Source: Basidiobolus meristosporus CBS 931.73 (taxonomy: Eukaryota > Fungi > Basidiobolomycota). Taken from it: 49,607 bases of DNA. The stretch is from the NCBI GenBank assembly GCA_002104905.1, contig MCFE01000653.1, forward strand, positions 1-49,607, read 5' to 3'. A program made the translations under genes and the position numbers. The notes under the pieces were generated by a model. It searched no databases and was not told the origin of the DNA. It saw nothing but the letters and a program-made list of their open reading frames with translations. Below are positions 1-13,300 of the stretch, one piece after another; positions within the stretch are counted from its first letter, which is position 1; every line of letters begins with the position of its first letter.

Positions 1-1630
1 ATTCGAAGGTTGTGTATTGTTGAGTAACGGTTAGGGAATCACACTTTTATAGCACTGTGCAAAAATGCATATTACATTGTATAGAAGTTTGGCCTCCTTT
101 CGATGTCTACATGTTACACTCAGTTGGACCTTTCCTAACAAGTACCCCACTATAATACCCTTGCATAGTTTGAACCACACTATCGTAGCTTCCTGATCTA
201 TTAACTTTACTCGTGGGAACCAATTGGCCAAATTCGTATCACTTATCTTTTGTCCGGTCACCTGGCCAGCTTGTGTTCGATCAACGCCTTGGTACACAAC
301 TATCCATCATAGCCATTTCACACAGGCCCAACGGCATCACAGTCATATATAGATATCACCCCATCCTTACTACCATCGTGGTGTTCAAAAGACAACGGGT
401 TGTTGTGGTTAGCAGCAATATGGACAACCATTACAATCCTCCACGATGAAGTCGTCAGATCTCTGAGCTTTGCCACAAAGATCGAATTTGGACGAAGTAT
501 CGGTTATTGTAGCTTCTTGTCCGGTAATCCCGAGGGGATACCACTCACTGACTTCACTAGAAAGCAAATCATCGTCTTCAACATTCTGATCCTTCCCCAC
601 CTATTGGTTGTTAGGGTAGTGTCGCGCTATAGCTGCTGGTCAAGTTTGGCACCACAGATGATATCCTCGTCAAAGTTCCCGATTGGATGGTCCAAACTGA
701 CCAGTACTTGGAAGAAACATCCTGCTTCAGGCGTAGGTCTTTTCGGATCTCTATACACTCGGTTCTAGGGATAGTGGATTCGTGGTGTAGTGAAGAGAAC
801 TGAACTGAGCTGCTTGGCTTTATATCTCTCCAGCACGAGAGAGCAGAACCCAGCCTCAGCCGACGCCTTGTTTCAGTGATAAAATGCAGGTAAGCTATTT
901 GAGGCTAGAGCCAAGTAGCAATTTACAGGTTCTGCTTTTCATTTCGGCTAGCCGTATCACCTGATTTTACACAACAAAGCTACTATAGCACAGTAGCTTT
1001 GTGATACTGATGAGAATGTACGGGAGGTTACGGTCAAGAAGGCGTGACTATCTCTGGATATGTAGACAATGTATCCCCAAGTTATTAACTGTTAAATATT
1101 GAAGTGAATCCGTACAATTTTTCAAGGCAAAGCTTGGATATATTGAGATGGATTAAAACTGCACTTGGATTCGATTCGGCCATGCGTGCATCTACACCTC
1201 CTCAAGCTCAGTTAAGGTATCAGTAGAATGCTTGCTCCCAAGCCAGCCCAACGGCGGGAACTCGGTCCTGGCATATGGAACACCACAGACCCTATGTTTC
1301 GGGATGGCTGCGCAACTTATCTAGTGTTACACAATCGTGGTATGACATCCCTCATATCGTAATAGATCCAAGATACTTACATATGACAAGAATTCTCGGT
1401 TACAGGCTATAATACGTTGGTAGAATGAGATATACTTGTTGCCTGTGGAAAATGGTAATTGTTAAAGGCGACCCAATCCTTATTAAACTTGATTGATATT
1501 TCATAGGCCAATAAAGGAATCTGGCCAGGATCCACCTATAGGTTCTCGGATCGCATGATTGAAGCATTGCAGGGAAAATATCCGGCTTGTCTTTCATTGG
1601 GTGTTCAGTATATACTTCTGGCATATACAA
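1..1630. other. Unassigned CpG-retaining segment with no long ORF; possibly a very diverged retroelement
   Basis: CG dinucleotides are frequent here, unlike the neighbouring relics. Only weak minus-strand motif echoes (TYRWILARFLYWPMK resembles a gypsy integrase Zn region; KGIIVGY resembles copia KCIFLGY). Not identifiable by eye. Confidence 0.25.
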
Positions 1631-2429
1631 AATTGTTATTTCACAGGCATTGTACTACCTTGGCTGAGCTGGGAGACCTCCAGGGCCGGATAGAGCCAGC
1701 CTTGTAAGGAATGATTCTTGTTCCCTTGGGGAGGCTGTTGATGAAGATGGCAAGCACAACAGGTCATATCACCCTATAAAGAATCTCATATTTGGAGTTC
1801 ATTTGATAATTGACGGGTATTCTGCTGGTACTTTGATGGTATTTTGCAGACATTCAGCCAGTGTTTTTCCCTCATATTCTTGGTTTTAAATTATTGTGGA
1901 AGTGATCAGCAGCTCATCACCAAACTTGGTGTGGACAGTATTCAGCCTAGCCTCCTACTGGGAAATATGTCCTCTTGCCTACCAAATGGCTAGAACCTAA
2001 GATACTGACAGCTGTTAGTTAGGTGAGTCTTGGAATCCTGATGGGCTTTAGTTAGTTTTTCCCAATGTGTTGGAGCAAAAACAGGACACTAATGAGACTA
2101 AAGCACCTCAAATAGCCCTCAAAATGACCAAATCTTTTGCAAATGCAGTTTCACACTGATTATATGGCTAGATCCCACCAAAGTTGTAAACCCCTCAAAG
2201 CCCACTATTCTTATCTCCCTGTACATCTGTGCTAAAGGTAACTTCAAAAGAGCAAGAAATTGCTCTATGTTGCTCACCTAAGGAGACAAGACAAAGTTAG
2301 TAATCTCTTATGCTACATCAGCAAAATACCTGCCCAAGTGTGGGTAGAAACACCCAGGGTAACAGTTGCGTAAGTAGCATATTGCATTGATGAGCTGATT
2401 CTAGACCAATAATCTGAAAATCAAATTCC

Positions 2430-3496
2430 AATCCTGATATTTCTACATATAAGAAATAACTGAATGCTACTGTCAGATTCAACCCAGATCAGCCATCATA
2501 ATCCTGTAAAGATACCAACACAATAACCACAAGTTAGAACTTCTATCTTTCTTAGTAGGTTTACAACAGGTTCTTGATAGTGTTTTGGAGATATCCAGCT
2601 AGCCTATACATTGGGATTGCTTATTATGGTAGAGATGTTGTAGACTTTCAGTGAAGTCTACCATGACATCATCTTGAGGCCAGCATTACCTCAGGACTAT
2701 CAGGAACTCAATGGCAAGCAAGATGTACCTGACCTGTTCCACAAACATATTCCAGGATTCTATTGAGCAAAGAGATTTTAGACCAGAATTGGTATGCAGG
2801 GAAACTATCACCAGAATGGTGAATCTACCAAAGGTAGAAGTACAAGGGTTTATGGCTAAGAATTAGCAGCTTCCTCAAGAGCCCAGCATCAGCAGGGCAG
2901 AATACTCTAAAAAAGTTGCAAAGAAACACCAGGTTACCAAAAGAGCTCCAGTGATGACATACCAGTAGAAATAGATATGCTAATGCAGTATTTATCAAGG
3001 AAGTAATTTGGCATAGTGCAAGAAGCTCACTGTCACTGTGGAAGTAAAAGGCCTGGCAGAGATAAAGTTGAAGGAAAAAAGTCTACCCAAAACAGAGACA
3101 GCAATGAATGAGAAAAGATATGCAGTTCTCATCATTTGATGCTTACAACTTAGAACAACTCAAGTCCCAGAATATGCAAGAAGAACTGCCTCCATACCCT
3201 CCATTGTAGACAGAGTGGAGAACCTGCTGACAGGTAAAGCAGCAATGTCAAGAAGACCATCACAATATCTGCAGTGGAGCTTTGGAACATCAACAGTGAC
3301 ACAAGAAGTGGCAGCAGCATTTCTTCAAAAGGAGTACTCAAGAGAACACACTTGAATATTGCAAGGACTTAGTGTAAAGACTGGCAGATGAGATATTAGA
3401 CCTTGCAGGGCTGGCTGAAGACCAGGGCATATGGGAACTGGTGAATGAACAATGGAATAAGGTGGTAGGATTCCAGCTAAAGTCCTGCATAATGGG
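2430..3496 (-). mobile_element. Relic of CACTA-like element in inverted orientation; accessory ORF2 homolog reads on +
   Basis: 3200-3496 is the reverse complement homolog of 8950-9300 (ENTLEYCKDL..LADEILDLAGLAEDQGIWE). 2475-2505 resembles the reverse complement of the element's right-end sequence at 13530-13570. Confidence 0.5.
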
Positions 3497-3948
3497 TGCC
3501 CCTATGAAGAATAATTGTGATGATACTACCAAAAGGATGTCAAAAATTAAAATCCCATGACTTAGAGGTATTGATGCTACAATAAAATTTAACAACAGGA
3601 TGCAAATCTTTGTATCTTTAACAATTTACAAAGCTGGGTTGTAGTTACCAAATTAAAGAAATGATAATATACAAATCTGCTGAAATTGTACAAGAGTTGT
3701 TTCAAAAGTTTAAACCAAATGATTTGAGCTGATTTAAATAATTAAAATAAAACTTTTTGCTGTGAGAACACAATGCAAAGACAATTAAAAAGATTGCACC
3801 CCAGATTTGACAAAAAACTGAGTCAAGTTTTCATTGCAACAATACATAGGTGGCTTTTGATTGTTTCACTGCTAATTCTCACACTTTCTGATTACATACA
3901 CTCAATCACCTCCTACATTGTGCACATTGATTGGCAATTGCCTTTTTC

Positions 3949-4362
3949 TGTTGTAGGAGTCTTAGAGATATTGGAAGTGATTGGGAGAGCAATTAGAATA
4001 TATGGTTTTCACTTAATGATCCATTGAATGTATTAGTGGTATTCATACTTTTACATAGTCTTGGCACAACAAGCACATATGATACATTTTGGAAGGTCTC
4101 AAGCAAATGAGCAGAAAGCCTGGGGCTGCTTGGACAACTTTGTGAGTTTTCAGGTTTTGGGTATCTGATATTTTGGTGAAAATATTCTAACCAAATCTCA
4201 GCAAGAAATTTGGTCAGTAACTCTCTAAGACTTGTAGGTAATGCTCTAAGTGACTAAGTTAAGTGAATTTATAGATGGAATTAGAAACTTCTACAGCAGA
4301 TTCAACCCAGATCAGCCATTGTAATCCTGAATATTTAGGTGGAATTACAAATTTTTATAGCA
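3949..4362 (-). repeat. Copia family A solo LTR, decayed, with a duplicated end segment
   Basis: Reverse-complement match to LTR 31951-32300 from 3949 to ~4298. A second LTR-end fragment finishes at 4362. Flanks TTTTC/TTCTC. Confidence 0.7.
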
Positions 4363-4575
4363 TTCTCCACACTCCTTACTTCCTGAACCAAGCAAATCAA
4401 GTACTTTTCACACAAATGAACTGGTTTATCCCTGTTCAATCTTCAGTTGTAATTCATTTTCAATTCTTCAAGCCTATAAGAGTCCCTATACCCAACACTC
4501 ATGTTGAGCCCATTCTCACACTCAACAAGTAACTCCATTAAATGCATCATTCAATAAGTATTTTTGCGGTAACAC

Positions 4576-6708
4576 TGTGGTGGTGTATAAGTCCAAAAGA
4601 GAGATGTGCCCAACACTTATCAACTGTTTTGAGTGTGGGGTGTTTGCTGGGTGCAATAACCTTGGGCAAATGCTTGCTAGGAATAATCAGGTTCTGTCTA
4701 TATTCTAATGTGAGGGGGAATAAAGCCACCAGCTTGTCAAGGGAAAACTATTGAGCTATAATCCCCAACTTGGTTGGCATCTTAACAAAAGCATGTGCAG
4801 GGTTCAGCATTCTTTGAGATGACAATGTACTAAAGCTCCCAAAGTCAAAACGACTGTGAACTCCACCAGCAGGGACTTGATAAGAATGCAGCTGTGGTCA
4901 ATAATTACAAAGACAGAAAAGTATAGTTGCCTGTACAAGAACAAACTTGGGGAAGAATCAAATATAATAAAAGATACTTACTCTGAGTATTCCTCAAAAG
5001 TAATACCTCCCAGGTGAGTTGGCTGTCAGCATGGTTTCCTGGAGTGTCCTGTGGTCTGGGATTGGAAGTTCAGATAGCAGCAGGTAGCAGTGATCACACT
5101 AATCTACATTTTGGTATATTGATAAAAGGGATAATGATTTATTGTCAAGGGATTGCCTCCCTTATATACTTCTCTCACTTGCTAAGTAACTACTGATTAT
5201 GGTGTTCCCTAAGGCTCCACAGATCAATAGAAATCTTATTGCATCAGAATGAGCTAAGAATGTACTAAATAGGTGCTGGAATGTTCCAAGAGGTGCAGCA
5301 CATCCAACCAATCAGGGATCAGTATTCTGAGACCTGTGTAACATAGGGATAACATAGATGGAATGAAGTTGTACGGTTAGTGACACAGTTTGATCATGGA
5401 TCCTGGTAATGAGGTGGTATATAGGTCCAAGGGAGAGATACATCCAACACTTATCAAGTGTTTTGTGTGTCGGGTGTTCACTGGGTGCAATAACCTCTGG
5501 CAAAAGCTTGCTAGGAATATTTGGGCTCTGTCTCTAATCTAATGTGGAGGGGAATAAAGCCACCAGCTTGTCAAGGAAAAACTATTGAGCTATAATCCCC
5601 AACTTGGTTGGCATCTTAACAAAAGCATGTGCAGGGTTCAGCATTCTTTGAGATGATAATGTAATAAAGCTTCCAAAGTCAAAACAACTGTAAACTCCAC
5701 CAGCAGGAACTTGATAAGAATGCAGCTGTGATCAATAGTTACAAAGACAGAAAAATATCTTTGCCTGTACAAGAACAAACTTAGGAAAGAATCAAATATA
5801 ATAGAAGATACCTACTCTGAGTATTGCTCACTAGTAGTGCCTCCAAGGTCAGTTGGCTGTCAGCATGGTTTCCTGGGAGTGTCCTGTGGTCTGGGGTTGG
5901 AAGTTCAGGTAGCAGCAGGTAGCAGTGATCACACTAATCAACAAGTTGGTATATTGATAAAAGGGATGATGATTTATTGTTGAGGGATAGCCTCCCTTAT
6001 ATACTTTTCTTACTGGCTAAGTGATTACTAATCATGGTGTTCCAGAAGGTTCTAGATATCAATAGAAATCTTAATGACATCAGAATGACCTAAGAATGTT
6101 CTAAGTAGGTGTTGGAAGGTTCAAAGAGGCACTGCACATCCCACCAATCAGGAATCAGTACTCCAAAACCTGTGCAACATAGGGATACCATATATTGTAT
6201 GGAAATGGTAGGGATGGTGACATGGTATGATCATGTGTCACAAGTACTGGTGCAGGTACTTGCCTAATATAGAAGCACTTACTGCTAGTAATCTTACATA
6301 AAGTGGGGGATAACTTATGCAATAATGTAAGCAGGTGTGATAGTCAACCGGCTTATGGGATAGTACTCATCAGGTGAGACAAATGCGATAAAGCTAAAAT
6401 AAGTGTAGTAGAGATATAGGGAAGTAGAAAATATGGGAATGAGCACATCTGTCAGTGGATGTCACTGTCACCCCACTACAGTGCTGGTATTTGCCTAATA
6501 TAGCAGCACTTATATCTAGTAATCTTACATAGATGAGGGATAGCTATGCAATAAATAAGCAGGTATTTTAGTTAGACTGTTTATGGGATAGTACACATCA
6601 GATAAGACAAATGGGATAAAACTAAACTAAGGGTAGTAGAGAAATAGGGAAGTGGAAAATTTGGAAATGGGCACATCCTTCAGTGGGTGTAACTATAAAG
6701 CCACTACA
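4576..6708 (-). repeat. Family E (gypsy-type) solo LTR, outer copy, split by a second E LTR
   Basis: 4576-5409 plus 6481-6708 rebuild one LTR homologous to 46901-47971. Flanks ACAC/ATGC are consistent with a CpG-decayed ACGC TSD. Confidence 0.8.
5410..6480 (-). repeat. Family E solo LTR, inner copy (1071 bp)
   Basis: Same length as, and colinear reverse complement of, 46901-47971. Differences are mostly CG to TG/CA. Flanks GTAA/GTGC. Confidence 0.9.
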
Positions 6709-8899
6709 ATGCCATTTTTCCATGACTTTAGTGGGAACCCTGCAGCTTTATGCCATTGCTCATTCATTGGTCACATGAGTCCTGATCTTCAGCAGGCACA
6801 GCAAGGTCTAGCACCTCATCTGCTAGTCTCTGCAATAAATTCTTGCTATACTCAAGCACATTTCCTTGAGCACTGATCATGAAGTGGTACTGCAACCTTT
6901 TGCTGTGCATATTATTGCCCCAAATTCCACTTTAGGGAAGGTGATAGTCTTCTGAGTCCTTGATGTTGCTGCTTTGTCTGCCAGTGGGATCTCTACCATG
7001 CCTACAATGAAGGATATGGAGTCTGTGGTAGACAAGTTGCCTTTCTCTGCAAATTCATCTACCTAACTGGAGTGTAGCTCAACTGACTATGCTTCCAACT
7101 TGTGAGAAAACAGTGGTTGTATTCTAGATAATTCTTCTTGACTGTAATGGAATTTATATGTTCTGACCCTTTAAAGGCAACAGCAACCTGTTTGGCAACT
7201 ATTGCAATAGGAAAGAACACACATTACACAAGTGCTTCAAAAAGAGAGATAATCAGCCAAAGATGCCTGAAAATGGAAATGCTGCAACACCAGAAGATAT
7301 ACTACACATATATGCATTAAATATGACCATCACTAAGCATTCTTGGATCTGGTATATTGACTCTGGAGCATCTCAACACTTTACACACCAAAAAGAACTT
7401 TTTAGCCATATTAAAAGATTCCAATTAAGAAGGCTTTCATGGGTGACAATAGAACACTTGATGCATTGGGGGAAGGAATCATCCAAATATGCCTTAGAAG
7501 CAGTGAAGGAAGCCATAAATGTACCTTCAAAGAGGTACTTCTTGTACCAGAAATTGCCAAGAACCTAATATTTGTAAGCAAGGCCACTGCAGAAGAACTC
7601 AGTTTCAGCATTGACATATTTAGATGCAGGTTCACTGGTCAAAGAGGTGCCCATATTTCTATGGGTATCAGAGATCAGAATCAATACAAGTTGACTTATA
7701 TTCCATCATATTTGGAAGCCAATTTAAGTAACTTCAATGAAGAAACACCAATGCCTTGGCACAGGAGATTTGGGCACATTAATTTAGATTATTTGTGCAA
7801 ATGATCAACAATCAGCTAATTTCCAGACCAAAAAATTGATCCCCCAGCTAATTTAGAGCACTGTAAAGCCTGCATATATGGGAAACAAGTCAGGCAATTG
7901 CTCAAGGGCTCTGCGTTAATCAATACTAAGAGAAAATTAGATCAAATTCAATCAGATCTGTGTGGACCAATGCAAAATATATCCTTAAGCAGGATGAAGT
8001 ATTTAATAACTTTTATTCATGATCATAGAGGTTATATGTGGGTCTACCTCCTGAAGAGAAAGGGAGAAGCTCTGTCTAAGCTCAGGGAGTGAAAGCCATG
8101 GTGGCAAGAGAAATCAGTGAAAAAGTCAAAAAAATTGCACTGCAAATGGCAAAAAATATACCTCAAAACTATTCATCCACTTCTGCCAAGTTCATGGGAT
8201 AAAGCAAGAGACTACAGTACCATACTCCTCACAGTGAAAAGAAGTAGCTGAGCATGCAAACAGATCAATGACTGAGATGGCAAGATCCATGAAACATGAT
8301 CAACAGTTATCCTACAATTTTTGGGCAGAATTAGTTGTCACAGCTATTTACCTTAAAATTAGGAGCTATAACCAACTATATTGTGATTCTACTCTATTTG
8401 AAGCACAATAGGGACACAGACCAAGTGCAGAACATCCAAGAATATTTGGGTGTACAGCATATGGCAATAGACCCTATGGGAAATTGTTGTGATGATCCCA
8501 TCAGAAGGCCACCATAGATTTAAAGTTCCATGACTAAGAGGTACTGATCCTGTCAGGATACCATGTAGAGACCATTGAAAATAATTGCACCCCAGATTTC
8601 ACCAAAAACTTAGTCAAAATTTCACATTACATGAATATATAAGTGGCTTTTGATTGGTTCATTGCCAATTTGCTCCCTTTCTCATTCTGGACACTTGATC
8701 ACCTCCTATCCTTGTGTGCATTGGTTGGCTACTTCCTCTTTTTCGCACTCCTTACTTCCTGACTCAACTGTATCTCTTACTTTTCATGCGTATATATTGA
8801 TTTATTTCTGTTAAAACTTAAGTTGAACCTCAATTGCCAACTGTATTGACCTATACAAGTCCCTATACCCTACACTAACATTAAGCCCAACCCCACACT

Positions 8900-9800
8900 C
8901 AACAATTAACTCCATTAAAATCTACCACTCAATAAGTATTTCTGCTGGAACCCGGTGGCTTTATGCTACTCTTCATTCACTGGTTCCCACATGTCCTGGT
9001 CTTCAGCCAGCACTGCAAGGTCTAGCACCTCATCTGTCAGTCTTTGCAATAAATCTTTGCAATATTCAAGTGCATTTTCTTGAGCACTGCTCTTGAAGAA
9101 GTGCTGCAACCTCTTGGTGTGCCTATTAATGTTCCAAAATACCACTGAAGGCATCATGATAGCCTTACATGTTCTTGAGGTTGTAGCCCTGTCTGTTGAT
9201 GGGATCTCAACTCTGTTAACAGTGGAAGATGTGGAGGCTGTGGTGGACAAATCGCCTTTTTCTGCAAACTCATCTACCTTGATGGAGTGTAGCTCAACTG
9301 GCTGCGCTTCCAACTCTTGTATAAACAGCTGTTTTCTTGTTGGTAATTCTTGTTAGCTATGATGCAATTCAGTCTGTTTCAGGCTTGCAGTGCTAATTGG
9401 CAAGAACTGTAGTTTTTTTGGATGCTCCCCTGTCTCAGGCTTGGGAAGACATTTTTCCTTTTACATTCTCCTTTATCACTGCCAGGGCTTCAACTGCTAC
9501 TTTGTCTGAGCACTTCTTGTAATGAGCTACATTTCTCCTTGATAAATTCTGCTCTGACCCATCTGCTTTGGCCTGCTTGTTCCTAGCTGGCACTTCTCTG
9601 GCAACCTGACAGTTCTTTTCTGCTTGTTTCAAGCTCTAAGCTGTAGTTGTCACAGGCTTCTAAGAAAGCTGCTGGCTTTTATCACTGCCAGGTCCTTCAC
9701 TGCTCCTTTGGCTGAGTGCTTCTTGAGTGGTACTACGCTTTTTCCTTGATCAATGTTGTGCTGGTGCCTCTGTGTCTGCCTGCTTATCCTTTAGTGGTAC
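8900..9800 (-). pseudogene. Accessory ORF2 of the CACTA-like element (unknown function), fragmented
   Basis: ORF pieces 9435-9632 and 8966-9313. Homologous copies at ~3.0-3.5, ~6.7-7.1 and ~43.6 kb. Confidence 0.5.
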
Positions 9801-9860
9801 TCTTCCAGCTACCTGGTGTCTCTTTGACACTTGTCTGGAGCTTTTGGCCCTGCTTGTAAT

Positions 9861-10251
9861 GGACTATATTTAAATATTAGCCATAGAGTAAAACCTATAA
9901 AAAGCACTAATAATGCCAGATAGTACCAGTGGACCAAGATAGTGCCATGCATTTTTGTGACATGATACAAGCTACAGGAGCTTGATTCAGTGTGCCATGG
10001 GTATTGAGTAACAGATCCGTGTCTTTGGTCCTTCTGTGCTGTTACACATCCTGCACAACATTGATCCAAAAAAGGTCAAAAATAGATTTTCTCTAGCATG
10101 GTGTGTGAAACACAGGGGCTGTTTTGCATGAAGATGAAGAGCTAGGCTTCACACTCTGTGGCCAAGTATAGGCTCACTTGGCTTCCCTGGCACACTCTGG
10201 CATGATTTGGCACTCATGGCTCAATGTGGCACTATCCAACAGTACAAGTCT
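9861..10251. mobile_element. MITE, one-arm deletion derivative of the 732-bp foldback element
   Basis: AAT|GGACT...ACAAGTCT|AAT. Body matches the spacer plus one arm of 21238-21969. Confidence 0.75.
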
Positions 10252-10377
10252 AATTTATAATGCTTAAAAAGGTGGGTAAATCATTGAATGTTACATTTAT
10301 ATAGGTGCAATGTCTCAAATACAAGACTGTCTTAAGTTCACATGAGCATTGACCAAAAAGTGATATGATAGTGTTAT

Positions 10378-10588
10378 GGACTTGTTCTATCATTCCAGCT
10401 GATCATAGTGCCCAATAGTGCCATAGCATGCCAGATGGTGCCTGATCATGCCACAGAGTGCCAGATGGTGCCATACAGTGCCAATTTGGGATCAAAATTG
10501 ACATGCATATGACCCTAAAATATCAGATTAATAACAAAATATACAGCACTCTCTGGCACTATGATCAATGGCACAATGGAACAAGTCT
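10378..10588. mobile_element. 211-bp MITE with RGACTTGTTC TIRs
   Basis: TAT|GGACTTGTTC...GGAACAAGTCT|TAT, 3-bp TSD. Many GTGCCA/TGGCAC subterminal repeats. Inverted near-copy at 19279-19488. Confidence 0.85.
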
Positions 10589-10649
10589 TATATGTTGAAG
10601 GTCAAACTGTTTGCCCCATGGACAAGACTACTTTAATTCTACACCACAA

Positions 10650-13300
10650 GAGCCTAGCCATCTTTGTCAACTTGCGCAAACTAAGTCAGGTGAGTTTGCA
10701 AGGCCTTTGGGCTCACCTCAACCTTCTGAATATGTCATGCAGAGTGATAGCCCTGACAAAGAAGGCTTACTGATGGATTGTGAGCTTATCTCCCCTAACA
10801 ACAGTACCACACATGAGCCCAGTTGAATCCCAATATGAAATGAGACAGCACCCATTGAAATAAATGCTATGGATATTTTATGGAGCCAAGTGAGTCCAGT
10901 AATCCATCTACTGGTGAAAGATGTAATGTTGTGGCTAGAGAAGTGACACATTTCCACTAATATCAGTAATGGGGGTGTGGAGCATTTATTACTATTCTTG
11001 CTAAAATACTCCAAGATGTAGCATACCATGTATATGGAACAAGTGGGCAACCATCATGCAGCTGGCAATATACAGCCCAGAGACTTTCCTGATTCCAGCA
11101 TGTGCTAACAGTTGCATGGCTTTCACATCCAAAAATGCCACCATTGCAATATGTCCAAGTTGTCAGGAATCTACTACCATTGAAGGAAAAAATTACTCAC
11201 ACTTTGGATATATTCCAGTAATACCCCATCATAAGAAGCTCATGCAGTCCAACAATATTACAAAGCTATGGAGTACTGCACTCAGTTTCAACCAAGCACA
11301 AACATGTCCAATATATTCCATGGCAAACATTATAAACAGCTAAGAAGCAAGGAATACTTTAAAGGTATATATGATCATACCTTTGACTTGGCACTTGATA
11401 GATTTACATCAAACAAGTACTCTACCAGCAAATCCTGCTGGCCACTGATTCTCATCAACCTGAATCTGCCACCTATTTTATGGTATCAGAGCAAGATTCT
11501 GATGGTAGTCTCAATGGTGTTTGGGCCTAAGTTACCATTCAACCTGCATAGCTACCCACATCCATTGATGGATGAATTTGGTATACTTTCCAGCAGGATA
11601 ACAGTAAATGGCTGTCATGTAAAAGCACATATTAATATCTCCATTGGAGACACCCCAGCTATCAGCATGATAATTGGCTTTTCTTGGCAAAGTTAACAGT
11701 ATTGTTGTCATATGTGTGTGATCCAGGGGATTTACTCCTTAACTACACACATTATTATTACCTAAATATCAATACTAAGAGCATGATCTTCCCACAGAGA
11801 TAACATACAGAAGTCAGCATGCAATTGCAGCAAAGTTGGCAAGCTATAAGCCATTGGCTGGAATATGGAATCAATTGGAAGCCAGAGATACCTGAGATGG
11901 AGGGTATCTGTTAGAGCAAAAGCTTTTGATTGCAAGTATTGTGTTAGCTTTTCAGCAATATTCCTATGCTGATGAATAAGTTGTATATGGGGTATTTCAA
12001 GCTAAATGAGCCCCTTGAGATACCAGAGAAATTTGAATGAACTGGAAAGATATTACAGAGTATCCATTTCCATAAATACTTCTCACAGGCTCCAATAATT
12101 ATTCATACATATATGCAACAATAAAAATGCAAAGACTGGATGAACTGGATATGTATTTAGTTAAGTGGCACTTGGGAGCCATTCCTACCTAGAGTCCATG
12201 AGAAGCATTGGAAGTCACATGTTTGACATTGTAGGAATATTTATCCAGAAGCAGATCACCACTACCAATTTGACACATCTACAGCTGTTGTGCAAGGAGT
12301 TTGTAACAGGATTTGGGCAGCTCTACTTCAAACCCAAAGCTGAGCACGTAGATCTCTGCTGCTACTGTATCCACTCTTTACTTCATGTTACTCAGTGTAT
12401 GGAGAATATTGGACCTTGCTTCACCTTTTGGGAGTTTCCTATAGAGCAGATGTGTTGGGAGATAGGAACACAAGCCAAGTGGCAGGTACTACCATATCCC
12501 ATTCTCATTAAGAATATTACCTTCAAGTCTGTCATGGATGTAATGAGTTGGCACATGGAGGACAGCTGTGAAGAGTTGGAAAATACTGAGGACAGATGTG
12601 TACATGGGGACACCAATGACTATGGCATTAAGAAGCTAAGCAGCTGCAATGCATGGGTAATGAGTTAGGTAATTCAAAGTTGGGTTGGGTGCAACAAGCA
12701 ACTAATTTGTATTAGGTAAACTCTACCAGGGTATGCTGGATTTCTCATGGCACAAGCCAAATTCCACACCATTCAATACAGAATGCACACAAATAAGAGC
12801 CAGAGCACACCTATCAGGGGGACTAGAATCCATCAGGGAGAAGGAATCTATAGGCTAAATACCAAAAGGTTCTTTGCAGATTTTCAGGAGGTATTCATGA
12901 CAGAAGTGGTGGCAACCAAGCATATGTTTGCAAGATGTATATAATACCATCAGTACAAGGTATATGGGAATTTTGCAAGTATCACACTAAAAGCCATAAA
13001 GTTGAGGTGATAAAAGTATGTTGATTGTGGCAGGTATGTGCATTGTGGTAGTTAGTAAGAAGGAGGCCATAGTTCTTGTTGATTAATACTATATGTGGCA
13101 TACCCAAGGTAGTAGTGGGTAGGCAAATAAAGAGGGGTGATTCTATAGTAGAAAATATGAACTTCACAGGGGAAGGTGGAAAATGGAAATACTATTTGGT
13201 AAATTGGTACAGTAGCATTATACAGAACTAACTGTAGGCTGCCATACTACTATGATAATGCCATCAGTGACTTGCAATGAGGCTATCAAAATACCATCAA
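10650..13300 (+). pseudogene. CACTA/EnSpm-type DDE transposase, many stops and frameshifts
   Basis: SCWPLILINLNLPP, GPKLPFNLHSYPHPLMDEF, GDTPAIS and IHSLLHVTQCMENIGPCFTFWEFPIEQMC match motifs of Transposase_21/DUF4218-type proteins. Confidence 0.8.

Larger units (their letters stand above)
3497..7160 (+). mobile_element. CACTA-like left-end relic (terminus plus ORF2 region) interrupted by solo LTRs
   Basis: GCCCCTATGAAGAATAATTGTGATGAT at ~3498 matches the terminus at 8470. Segments 3770-3948, 4363-4575 and 6709-7140 are colinear with 8570-9350. Confidence 0.65.

Noticed and set aside
1680-2060. Minus-strand stop-riddled frame resembling a LINE ORF1
   Set aside because: No endonuclease or RT motifs follow it, and the similarity is too weak to call.
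7203-7235. Initial impression that this copy shares the gag/pol frameshift
   Set aside because: Base-by-base indexing shows it is in frame (CNRKEHTLHKC), so only two of four copies carry the deletion.
10390-10575. Closely spaced GTGCCA/TGGCAC repeats resembling a CRISPR or iteron array
   Set aside because: Units are 6 bp, irregularly spaced, in both orientations, and enclosed by TIRs and a TSD. They are MITE subterminal repeats.
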